Shown: positions 49,105 through 57,504 of the stretch, piece after piece
Position numbering within the stretch: the first letter of the stretch is position 1
Layout of the letters: the number at the start of each line of letters is the position of its first letter
DNA from: Patescibacteria group bacterium
GTDB lineage: Bacteria; Patescibacteriota; Microgenomatia; UBA10105; UBA927
Direction: 5' to 3'
DNA length: 64,000 nucleotides
Assembly (NCBI GenBank): GCA_035510735.1
Contig: DATKGN010000003.1
Coordinates: forward strand, 14,208 to 78,207
Translations under genes and position numbers: made by a program
Notes under the pieces: model-generated
Seen by the model: the letters and a program-made list of their open reading frames with translations, nothing else
Told to the model about the DNA's origin: nothing
The model's database searches: none

Positions 49105-50541
49105 ATGGTAAAACGCATCGTCGCCTTCGCTATTCTTTTTATCATCGTATGTATGCTTATTGGGAGTTATTCCTGGATTCGCGGGTTAACGACAAAAACG
49201 TTCATTTCACGGCCAAAAAATGAGAAACCTCTCGCATTAACTTCAATTCAACAATATTTTGATCAAAAAGTTCCTCTTGATATCGCATTTTTGGGCTATG
49301 GCGGCGCAGATCATGACGGGCCGTATCTCACAGATTCAATGATGCTCGTCCATATCGATATTGCAACTCGTAAAATTTATCTCATTTCGATACCACGCGA
49401 TACATGGGTGAAGCTTCCGATCAATTCTACGGGAAGTGCATACGGCAAAATAAACTCAGCGTATGCCATTGGGCTTGATAACACCGGTTATCCCAACAAG
49501 CCCTCAGAATTTTCGGGTGATGACAGCGGAGGAAAATTAGCTGAATACGCAATCAATGAGGTGAGCGGATTACCGGTCCAATACTTTGTCGGTTTGGATT
49601 TTGCCGGGTTTACAAAATCTATTGATACGCTTGGAGGCGTCGATATTGATGTGGAGCCGGGTTTTGATGATTACGCATATCCCATCGAAGATATCAAAGA
49701 TACGTCGTGCGGCCATTCGCCCGACGATATTAAAGCATTTACAGCTACCGTATCGGCGGAGCAGCAATTGTGGGATTATTTCCCCTGCAGATATCGTGAT
49801 CTTCACTTTAATGCAGGATTGCAGCATATGGATGGTGCAACGGCCCTTGCGTACGTTCGCTCCCGCCATTCGCTTCAGGATGGCACAGATTTCGGGCGGT
49901 CAAAGCGACAAAGAAACCTCTTAGTCGCAATGAAACAAAAGATTATGTCCGTCGGATTCATTTCAAAAATAATTCCATTTGTAAGCAGCTTGGGAAATGA
50001 CTCGAGCACGGATATGAAGATATCCGATCTTCAAACCCTTATCGCTCATGCAAACGAGCTTTCAGACTATCAGGTCGAAAGCTTGGCATTGACCGACCAG
50101 AATTATCTGAGTGATACGTTTACCTCCGATGGTCAGTTCGCGCTTATGCCGAAAAGCGGTCAGGATAGTTGGAATCAGATACACACGTGGCTTTCTGACA
50201 CGTTCAAAGGCATTGTGGAGCCCGTGCCAGCAATGGTACTTATCGAAAACGGCACACACACGACAGGTCTTGCACTCCAGGCATACGATAGTCTGCAGAA
50301 TCAGCATATCGGCGTCGCCATTCCTCAAAACGCTGTTGATCGGAATAATCTAAAAACAAGTATCGTAGTGTTTGATAAAAATACTAATACCAATGACCTA
50401 TCCGTCATGAAAAATGAATTCCCGGGAGCATCATTTACGTATCAAGAGGCGACTCCAAGCGGCTATAATGTGCTCGTGACCGTAGGAAGCGATTATGTAA
50501 AAAAAACGACACCAACGCCCTCACCCACGACTTCAAATTAA
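49105..50541 (+). CDS. LCP family protein with LytR_C domain
   Basis: LTDSMM, SIPRD, KINSAY, ALAYVRSR, DFGRSKRQ. Confidence 0.92.
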   Translation: MVKRIVAFAILFIIVCMLIGSYSWIRGLTTKTFISRPKNEKPLALTSIQQYFDQKVPLDIAFLGYGGADHDGPYLTDSMMLVHIDIATRKIYLISIPRDTWVKLPINSTGSAYGKINSAYAIGLDNTGYPNKPSEFSGDDSGGKLAEYAINEVSGLPVQYFVGLDFAGFTKSIDTLGGVDIDVEPGFDDYAYPIEDIKDTSCGHSPDDIKAFTATVSAEQQLWDYFPCRYRDLHFNAGLQHMDGATALAYVRSRHSLQDGTDFGRSKRQRNLLVAMKQKIMSVGFISKIIPFVSSLGNDSSTDMKISDLQTLIAHANELSDYQVESLALTDQNYLSDTFTSDGQFALMPKSGQDSWNQIHTWLSDTFKGIVEPVPAMVLIENGTHTTGLALQAYDSLQNQHIGVAIPQNAVDRNNLKTSIVVFDKNTNTNDLSVMKNEFPGASFTYQEATPSGYNVLVTVGSDYVKKTTPTPSPTTSN

Positions 50542-50628
50542 TATTAAATCAACTGGCGCACATAGACGCTATTCGTGATTATTGGCAGACTAGATAGGAA
50601 CAATCTTATATTCTTAGCTTCAGTAATC

Positions 50629-51402
50629 ATGGCAAATGATACAATATACGTGATGATAAATAGCAATCTATTGCACCAATGGAAAATTGATGAGAAAGCA
50701 CACTTTGAGGGGTGGGATTTTTCATACTTGAAAAGTCGTTTTAAGGAAAAAAAACCAAATTGGGATTATATCTCGCTTGCCAAACCATTAGTACAGCAGG
50801 CCACATCTCTTTTAGATATGGCAACAGGTGGTGGAGAAGTATTCTCTCAACTTGCTCCTTTTCCCAAGCATACATACGCCATTGAAGGTTGGCATCCAAA
50901 TGTAGCACTAGCAAAGAAACGTCTAGCACAGTTAGGAGTAACAGTTATAGAAGCAGACGGTGCACATCGACTTCCCTTTAAGGACAGCGAGTTTGACTTA
51001 GTTGTGAATCGCCATGGGGGGTACAACGTTGATCAACTAAAAAGAATTATTAGAAGTCAGGGACAGTTTTTTACACAACAGGTTGGAGGAGATAATCTCA
51101 AGGATTTAGAAGAGTTTTTCGATAATAGACCAAAATGGCCGTTCAATACATTAGAACACAGAATTCCTGAATTTGAAAAGCATGGATTTACAATTATTAA
51201 TTCTAAAAAATGGTCAGGAATAGTTACATTTTTTGATGTAGGAGCAATTATATATTTTCTCAAAGCAATCCCATGGATTGTAAATGACTTCAGTGTTAAT
51301 ACACATTTACCTTATCTGGAGAAGATGCAAAAAAAACTTGATAAAGGTGAAAAGCTCCAATTCATATATACACGTCACCTAATCCATGCAAAAAGGAACT
51401 AA
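50629..51402 (+). CDS. Class I SAM-dependent methyltransferase
   Basis: GWDFS, LLDMATGGGE, LPF.D.EFDLV.NRH; start uncertain. Confidence 0.85.
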   Translation: MANDTIYVMINSNLLHQWKIDEKAHFEGWDFSYLKSRFKEKKPNWDYISLAKPLVQQATSLLDMATGGGEVFSQLAPFPKHTYAIEGWHPNVALAKKRLAQLGVTVIEADGAHRLPFKDSEFDLVVNRHGGYNVDQLKRIIRSQGQFFTQQVGGDNLKDLEEFFDNRPKWPFNTLEHRIPEFEKHGFTIINSKKWSGIVTFFDVGAIIYFLKAIPWIVNDFSVNTHLPYLEKMQKKLDKGEKLQFIYTRHLIHAKRN

Positions 51403-51480
51403 TTTATAAATGATAGGTCGACCGTTCAAACTAGCAAGACTTCAACAATCTTAATGGCAAGCACTGAACTTCTCGAAGAA

Positions 51481-51742
51481 CTGCCAAGCTAGGATTCCAT
51501 TCCTCGCGTCGCACAGATCCCCTCCTGCGAGGGGCCTGAGCTGGGAGACTAGGATTCGGACCTAGATACCAAGATCCAAAGTCTTGTGTCCTACCCTTGG
51601 ACGATCTCCCAGCTCAAACCCCAGCTCTGGCGGGCGGGCAAAGTCTGGCGTGTTACTCCACCCAAGCTGGATTAACTGACGGTAATCCTCTCATTCAGCC
51701 AACTGATCGCAAACTGTCAGTTGAACGTTACACCACCCGGCA
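51481..51742 (-). pseudogene. Disrupted outer tRNA-Gln(TTG) enclosing an intact tRNA-Gln
   Basis: TGCCGGG-TG-GTGT-AACG[69 nt]GTA-ACAC-G-CCAGA-CT-TTG[119 nt]GA-TCTG...GAATCCTAG-CTTGGCA-G. Confidence 0.7.
51541..51611 (-). tRNA. tRNA-Gln(TTG)
   Basis: TGGGAGA/TCTCCCA acceptor, CAAGA-CT-TTG-GA-TCTTG. Confidence 0.9.
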
Positions 51743-51750
51743 ATAAAAAA

Positions 51751-51813
51751 GCTATCAGACTTCAGTCACCAACGATCAGTTATCTGATAGCTGAAAGCTA
51801 ATAGCTGATAGCT
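51751..51813. repeat. Inverted 7-mer arrays (GCTATCAG / CTGATAGC)
   Basis: AAGCTATCAG...CTGATAG CTGAAAG CTAATAG CTGATAGCTT. Confidence 0.7.
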
Positions 51814-51819
51814 TCTTAG

Positions 51820-51891
51820 AGCGGGCGACGAGAATTGGACTCGCTACCTTCTCCTTGGCAAGGAGACATTCTACCGGTGAACTACGCCCGC
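51820..51891 (-). tRNA. tRNA-Gly(GCC)
   Basis: GCGGGCG/CGCCCGC, CTCC-TT-GCC-AA-GGAG. Confidence 0.92.
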
Positions 51892-51976
51892 AAAATAATT
51901 TTCTACGAAAATTTTCTGCGTAAACGCTGATATTATACCAGTGTTTACACCGAAAAAATCGAGAGATTTTATTCGG

Positions 51977-52049
51977 TGCCGAGACTAGGAATTGCACCCA
52001 GATAACGTGTTTTTCAGACACGCACCTTGACTACCTCGGTCATCTCGGC
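51977..52049 (-). tRNA. tRNA-Phe(GAA)
   Basis: GCCGAGA/TCTCGGC, CGTGT-CT-GAA-AA-ACACG. Confidence 0.9.
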
Positions 52050-52052
52050 TAA

Positions 52053-52108
52053 CTTGACTATCCCTCGAAAACTCGGGACTTCTGAAACCTCAGCCTCGGT
52101 CATCTCGG
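52053..52108 (-). pseudogene. Duplicated tRNA-Phe 5' fragment with 33-bp D-loop insertion
   Basis: CCGAGATGACCGAGG[insert]TAGTCAAG matches the tRNA-Phe 5' end. Confidence 0.75.
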
Positions 52109-52458
52109 TCCATCAACGCGCTTCTTTTCCTCAGGGCAAGCAAAATGCTCAAATCCTAATTCGACTAAACCTAATGGCAATTATACGGTAAATGGTGGCT
52201 TTTTGTCATCAGGCTTCATGCGCAGTGACAAAGATTGAATATAGTTCCGCCTTTTGAGTTTTTCCATCAACTTATTCCTGTTGTTTGGAATTACTCAAAT
52301 AATAAATTCATACAGGGAATTATTGTTAAAATAGAAGTGTTATGCCCATGGATCAAATCTCAAAAATAATTATTCTTATCACATTCATTCAAGGTTTAAA
52401 TATACATATATACGGTAGCCGTCGCACATAAATTTGTTGTATACTGAATTTTTCTGCC

Positions 52459-52689
52459 ATGAAACATTCAACAACGAGCCGATCTGTCGTAAAAACCATC
52501 GTTTATCGCTTTCTTATCATTTGTTCTGACGGTATTATCATTTACGCCTTAACACATAAAGTAGTACTAACCCTCAGCGTTATTGGTTTGTCGAATATTG
52601 CAAGTACGCTTCTGTATTTCTTGCATGAGCGCGCATGGTCAAGGATTACCTGGGGGCTCTCCAAAAAGAGATTAAACGTAACAAAGTGA
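52459..52689 (+). CDS. DUF2061-like membrane protein
   Basis: RS.VKT..YR, LYFLHERAW..I.WG. Confidence 0.8.
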   Translation: MKHSTTSRSVVKTIVYRFLIICSDGIIIYALTHKVVLTLSVIGLSNIASTLLYFLHERAWSRITWGLSKKRLNVTK

Positions 52690-52694
52690 TTTTG

Positions 52695-52767
52695 TGGACG
52701 ATGAGGGACTCGGACCCCCGACATCTTCAGTGTAAATGAAGCGCTCTACCAGCTGAGCTAATCGTCC
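52695..52767 (-). tRNA. tRNA-Val(TAC)
   Basis: GGACGAT/ATCGTCC, CTTCA-TT-TAC-AC-TGAAG. Confidence 0.93.
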
Positions 52768-52864
52768 TTTCGATATCGCTATATCTCTGAATATGCGATA
52801 ATGAGCACACTCTATTGTATTCGAAATTGTTATTTTGAACAATATTTATTACAATAGGCAGCAC

Positions 52865-52946
52865 GCGGACGTGGCGGAATTGGTATACGCGCAGTCTTGA
52901 GGAGGCTGTGCCGCAAGGCATGGAGGTTCAAGTCCTCTCGTCCGCA
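52865..52946 (+). tRNA. tRNA-Leu(GAG)
   Basis: GCGGACG/CGTCCGC, CAGTC-TT-GAG-GA-GGCTG, long variable arm. Confidence 0.95.
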
Positions 52947-53034
52947 CAAGAGGAGATGGCACCATTGTCAAAGGTGCAAATTGATTGATATAACGGGCTA
53001 ATTTGATGGTTCAAACGAGAAGAAATACCCAAAT

Positions 53035-54153
53035 ATGCTAGAACGATTGGTTTGGGCGGAAATTAACGTCAGAAACTTTCTCTACAACATCTCCTGTGTG
53101 AAAAAGATTGTAGGCTCCCATGTAAAAATAATGGCCGTCGTCAAAGCAAATGCATACGGACATGGTGCCGTCGAGCTAGCAAAAGTGGCGGAAAAATTTG
53201 GCGTTGATTATTTTGGGATTGTTTGCTTGTATGAAGCGAGACAACTTCGCGAAGCGGGAATACATACACCGATTCTCGTCCTCAATTACATTGATGAAGA
53301 AAGCGTGGAAGCGTGCGTTGATTTAAATGTTACGCTCAATGTCATGGACGAAAAGCTCCTTTCGCGACTAGACAAGGTTGCGCGAAAGAAAGGTAAGCGA
53401 GTCCCCATCCATGTCAAAGTAGACACTGGGATGCACCGATTAGGGCTGCAACCCGAGGAAGCACTACGCTATATTCCAAAAATAGAACAGTACAAAAATA
53501 TCAAATTAGAGGGCGTGTTTACTCATTTTGCAACGTCAGATGAAAAGAACCTGTCTTTTACCTATTCACAGCTTAAGACGTTTAACACTCTTCTATCAGC
53601 CTTAGCAAAAAACGGTGTGCGTGTACCGATCGTTCACGCCGCGAACAGCGCAGCGACTCTTCGCGTGCCGAGTGCTCATTATGATTTAGTCCGCCCCGGC
53701 GTTATTTTATACGGACTGGCGCCATCTGGTGATTTTCCTCTGCCATTTATACCAAAACCTGTCATGGCTCTCAAAACAAAAATTGTTCAACTTCGTCAAA
53801 TCGCTAAAGGCGAAACGGTAGGTTACGGTCGAACATTTACTGCAGTCAAACCAACGCGCGTCGCTTCCCTCCCGGTGGGCTATGCCGATGGCTTTCGCCG
53901 TGCACCGAATAACTGGGGAAGTGTTTTAGTAAACGGTCAATTTGCACCGTTAATCGGCAGAGTTTCAATGGATCAATCATCAATTGATGTCACAGCCATT
54001 CGCGCCGCTCGCGTAGGGGATGAAGTCGTATTAATCGGGATACAAGGAAAACACCTATTGACGGCGGAACTGGTTGCCAAAACGCTCGGTACCATTAATT
54101 ATGAAGTTACCAGCGCAATTGCTTCCCGTGTCTCGCGCGTGTACTTTTTGTGA
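53035..54153 (+). CDS. alr: Alanine racemase
   Basis: AVVKANAYGHG, KVDTGMHRLG, HAANSA, VRPG..LYG, GYADG, GRVSMD, TINYE. Confidence 0.96.
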   Translation: MLERLVWAEINVRNFLYNISCVKKIVGSHVKIMAVVKANAYGHGAVELAKVAEKFGVDYFGIVCLYEARQLREAGIHTPILVLNYIDEESVEACVDLNVTLNVMDEKLLSRLDKVARKKGKRVPIHVKVDTGMHRLGLQPEEALRYIPKIEQYKNIKLEGVFTHFATSDEKNLSFTYSQLKTFNTLLSALAKNGVRVPIVHAANSAATLRVPSAHYDLVRPGVILYGLAPSGDFPLPFIPKPVMALKTKIVQLRQIAKGETVGYGRTFTAVKPTRVASLPVGYADGFRRAPNNWGSVLVNGQFAPLIGRVSMDQSSIDVTAIRAARVGDEVVLIGIQGKHLLTAELVAKTLGTINYEVTSAIASRVSRVYFL

Positions 54154-54169
54154 ACGTTACTATGCGTTT

Positions 54170-54280
54170 GTGCCCGGAGGGAGACTCGTCCCAGAAGTAT
54201 CTTTCCGCCTTTGGCGGATTAGAACTTCGGGATCCCGCATTCTACGCCCAGTTTACTGGGCAAGAATTGCGGGAAACTCC
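54170..54280 (-). pseudogene. Duplicated tRNA-Leu 3' fragment with 86-bp palindromic T-loop insertion
   Basis: GGAG-TT[insert]CGAGT-CTCC-C-TCCGGGC-A pairs with the tRNA-Leu(CAG) 5' strand GCCCGGA. Confidence 0.75.
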
Positions 54281-54292
54281 AAAACGACTCTG

Positions 54293-54378
54293 TGCCCAGA
54301 AGAGGATTCGAACCTCCAAGGGATTTTACTCCCACTAGCTCCTGAAGCTAGCGCGTCTACCAATTTCGCCATCCGGGC
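54293..54378 (-). tRNA. tRNA-Leu(CAG)
   Basis: GCCCGGA/TCTGGGC, CTAGC-TT-CAG-GA-GCTAG. Confidence 0.95.
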
Positions 54379-54494
54379 ATGAGGCTATTATACCATTACC
54401 GCTTTGCAGAACGAGATGTTAACTATAGGTCTTGTTTCACAAAACCCTGCGAGGTAGAATAGCCAGTACCAATAAGCCGTTATCAATTTCTCCT

Positions 54495-55097
54495 ATGGGT
54501 AGAACAAAAATAAATACGATTCTTCAACCGGATGAACAATCGTGCGGCCCGGTTTCCTTAAAACATGCACTTGAAATTTTGGGCAAACGAAAATCGATTT
54601 CAACACTCTCAAAACTCTGTAAAACTTCACGGAACGGGACAGCGACGAAAAATATGATTAAAGCGCTCAACGGTTTGGGGTATTCAGTACTCGCCGTCGA
54701 GCGGGCAACACTTCGCCATCTTATCTCTTCGCTCCGCTATCAACCAAATAAGCCAAGGGCCGTCATTGTCGATTATCTATACAATCTGGAAAATACCCAT
54801 GATGAACCGTCATGGGAATCCGGCCACTGGGCAACTGTGTCGTCGTTTAGTGCCAGTAACAGTAAGATTGTGTTATTTGACGGATATTCAGGGACTAAGA
54901 AATCCTATCACTGGCAGGATTTCCGTAAACGTTGGGTAGATTACGACGTCATGAAAAAGAAAGTGTCACCACGGTCAAAAAAATTCAAATCCTTCCGCAG
55001 GTGGAGAAAGCAACTCTTGCTTGTTATATCTTCGGATCCAAAACATCTACCGAGGTTCCGCTATTCCTCATCGGCGATATATCCTGGTGTTAATTAA
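54495..55097 (+). CDS. C39-like cysteine peptidase
   Basis: Q....SCGP.SL, NGT, GHW, LFD catalytic pattern. Confidence 0.75.
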   Translation: MGRTKINTILQPDEQSCGPVSLKHALEILGKRKSISTLSKLCKTSRNGTATKNMIKALNGLGYSVLAVERATLRHLISSLRYQPNKPRAVIVDYLYNLENTHDEPSWESGHWATVSSFSASNSKIVLFDGYSGTKKSYHWQDFRKRWVDYDVMKKKVSPRSKKFKSFRRWRKQLLLVISSDPKHLPRFRYSSSAIYPGVN

Positions 55098-56118
55098 TGG
55101 AGTTTTGGACAATCTGAAGAACGAAATCCTCAAGTGTCATGCCGTGTGCCCGTATTGACGCAGTCATGGCATCCCGCGGGTCCGGATCAAAACCGGCGTT
55201 TGCGTTGCCCTCGAGGAAAAACCATGAGTGGATGTCCGGATTATACCGGAGATCAAACCGGCCGTAATCACGCATCCCGAGGGCGTAGAATGCCCGTATG
55301 GCGTCACGTTTTATCTGAACGTCGATATCCGTATTTAAACGCTTAGGAGGGGCCTTAAAATAACAACTTTTATAGACTGGCAGGTGTTTACTCCATTTTT
55401 CATCAAACCCGTAAATGTTCCATTTATTTTTCACGTGACCCTTGAATGCAATTTCTGCAATAGGCAATGCGACCGTTTTATTGGGAGTCTCCAATATGGT
55501 TACCTGCAGTTCCTTACCGGGAATAAATTCCTCGGCGATGAGCGTTTGTTTGTGTTGCTTCCGCAGCCGAGTGACGATTGATTTAAACTGACGGTAGTTT
55601 TGTGCGATGGATCCGTTCGTTATACCGATACTGCAATGTTCATATGCGGGCTTAATAATAACAGGATATTTACTAGGCAGTAAGGATTTTCTAATTCGGT
55701 CTCTTAATTTAATAATTGAATATCGCGGGGTCGGTAATAAATTTTTTTCAAATAGTTTTTTTGATTTAATTTTGTTATTTGATGCTTTAATGCCGTCAAG
55801 ATCAGTACCTGAATGCGGGATGTGAAGACGTTTGAGGATTTTTGCAATCTGAATTTCCATCGCTTTGCTGTCCACGAGGTTAAACACAAAATTGGCTTTT
55901 AATTTCTTGAGTTCTGACAAGTCTTCCGGGCTCACTTTTATAATCTGAACGTTATATCCTTCCTGCAAAAACAATTTACGCATGTAGTGCACTATTTCAT
56001 CCGTCTGGTTGTCTACAAGCGTATGTTCTTCACTGAAGTATTTTGCGGCAATATTCTTTGGTACGTAATGATATAAAAGCGCAATGGTTTTTTTTCTTTT
56101 GTGGGCAATTTTTTTCAT
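55090..56118 (-). CDS. D-Ala-D-Ala ligase-like ATP-grasp protein
   Basis: FVFNL, K..SK, P.IIKP..E..S.GI, EEFIPGKE, YGRFDLR, LEGNAN; lacks the GG.S.EH.VS N-terminal motif. Confidence 0.8.
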   Translation of the reverse strand: MKKIAHKRKKTIALLYHYVPKNIAAKYFSEEHTLVDNQTDEIVHYMRKLFLQEGYNVQIIKVSPEDLSELKKLKANFVFNLVDSKAMEIQIAKILKRLHIPHSGTDLDGIKASNNKIKSKKLFEKNLLPTPRYSIIKLRDRIRKSLLPSKYPVIIKPAYEHCSIGITNGSIAQNYRQFKSIVTRLRKQHKQTLIAEEFIPGKELQVTILETPNKTVALPIAEIAFKGHVKNKWNIYGFDEKWSKHLPVYKSCYFKAPPKRLNTDIDVQIKRDAIRAFYALGMRDYGRFDLRYNPDIHSWFFLEGNANAGFDPDPRDAMTASIRAHGMTLEDFVLQIVQNSIN

Positions 56119-56192
56119 TGATATCTCATAAGAGAATTATTTCGGGTACATGTTCATTAATGATGATTTTGAAACATTTGTCAAGTATTCGA

Positions 56193-57230
56193 TTATAATT
56201 GCGTATGATATCGGACAAGTGCTTCCTTGAGAATACGCTCAATAATATCCGTGTAGGACATGGACAATGTCTTTGCAATGGTCCCGAAGGCATCCTGTTT
56301 TGATAGTGCAGGAAGTGGGTTAATCTCCAGAACATATGGTTTGTTATTTTTATCCACTCGAAAATCTATACGCCCGAAATCCCTGCTGCCCACCGCTGTA
56401 TATGTTTTTATCGCGAAGTCCCTAATCAAATCGGCAAGAGCCGGCCGCAGGTCTGCGGGACAGCAGTAGTGTACGTCACTTGAATAGACGTAACGGCCTA
56501 CATAAATTTTATCGTTCACCGGTTTATTTCTGATAAGGATTTCAACAATAGGGTAGGCTTGTATGGTGTCTCCGTTGCCGATAACTGCGACTGTGCACTC
56601 ACGTCCCTCAATAAACTCCTCAACAAGCGCAGGTTGATCGTACAGTGAGGTGATATGATTAATCTGATCATTTAACTCATTGAAATTCTTTACTTTTGAT
56701 TTTGCGGTCATTCCCTTTGATGATCCCTCCCATTGGGGCTTCACAATGAGTGGAAATGGTAAGTCCGGCATATCATCACGTTTCATCGGTTTTGTTGCAA
56801 CGAAAAATTTGGGAGTAGGGATACCATGAGCTGCGAGGATTTCTTTCGTGATAACTTTATCAAGTGTCAGACTCATGGTTAATGCGTCAGATCCGACATA
56901 CGGAATTCCGAAATACTCAAGAACGAGCGGTATTTGTGCTTCACGATTCCTTCCTTGTAAACCTTCTGCGGTGTTAAAAATGATGTTCACATGTTGCTTT
57001 ACTGCGTCCACATGTTTGAGAAGGTTGCTAAAGTTGCCTATGTCGTAAACGGTATAGCCGCAGCGCTCAAGACTTTTTTTAATCCCTCGGACGATGGTCA
57101 CATTATCGAATTCGCTGTATTTATCCGGAGGATCACCGGCCGTTAGCGTATAATCACTTGCAATATCGTACGTAAGTCCTACCGTTATTGAAGAACTTTT
57201 CGCTTTCGTTAGTTTCGTTTTCATATCCAT
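56193..57230 (-). CDS. D-Ala-D-Ala ligase-like ATP-grasp protein
   Basis: FNTAEG..GR.RE, PYVGSD, VKP.WEGSSKG, EEFIEGRE, GRIDFR, LEINPLP. Confidence 0.85.
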   Translation of the reverse strand: MDMKTKLTKAKSSSITVGLTYDIASDYTLTAGDPPDKYSEFDNVTIVRGIKKSLERCGYTVYDIGNFSNLLKHVDAVKQHVNIIFNTAEGLQGRNREAQIPLVLEYFGIPYVGSDALTMSLTLDKVITKEILAAHGIPTPKFFVATKPMKRDDMPDLPFPLIVKPQWEGSSKGMTAKSKVKNFNELNDQINHITSLYDQPALVEEFIEGRECTVAVIGNGDTIQAYPIVEILIRNKPVNDKIYVGRYVYSSDVHYCCPADLRPALADLIRDFAIKTYTAVGSRDFGRIDFRVDKNNKPYVLEINPLPALSKQDAFGTIAKTLSMSYTDIIERILKEALVRYHTQL

Positions 57231-57293
57231 AGTTCACCATATCATATGCACGATATACCGTACAGATGATACAATATGCATAGAGAATCTTGA

Positions 57294-57386
57294 CCGGGGT
57301 GACGAAATGCTCAAGCCGACAGTTAACGATCCGTCGACTGACGGAGAGTCTTAGTGTTGCTTAGTCCCGCCAAGCGGGAGTATACG
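57294..57386 (+). pseudogene. Duplicated tRNA-Leu(TAA) 5' fragment with 70-bp D-loop insertion
   Basis: CCGGGGTGACGAAATG[insert]GTATACG vs intact CCGGGGTGGCGAAATGGTATACG. Confidence 0.8.
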
Positions 57387-57418
57387 GTCTTACGATGATA
57401 AAATAGGTTGACAATAAA

Positions 57419-57503
57419 GCCGGGGTGGCGAAATGGTATACGCGCAGGACTTAAAATCCTGTGGTGATTAAACACCGTGTGGGTTCGAGTCCCACTCTCG
57501 GCA
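57419..57503 (+). tRNA. tRNA-Leu(TAA)
   Basis: GCCGGGG/CTCGGC acceptor, CAGGA-CT-TAA-AA-TCCTG, TTCGAGT. Confidence 0.95.
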
Positions 57504-57504
57504 C

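Noticed and set aside
51776-52021. 81-aa ORF (similarly 54074-54382, 57323-57526, 58519-58725)
   Set aside because: Shadows of tRNA genes and repeats.
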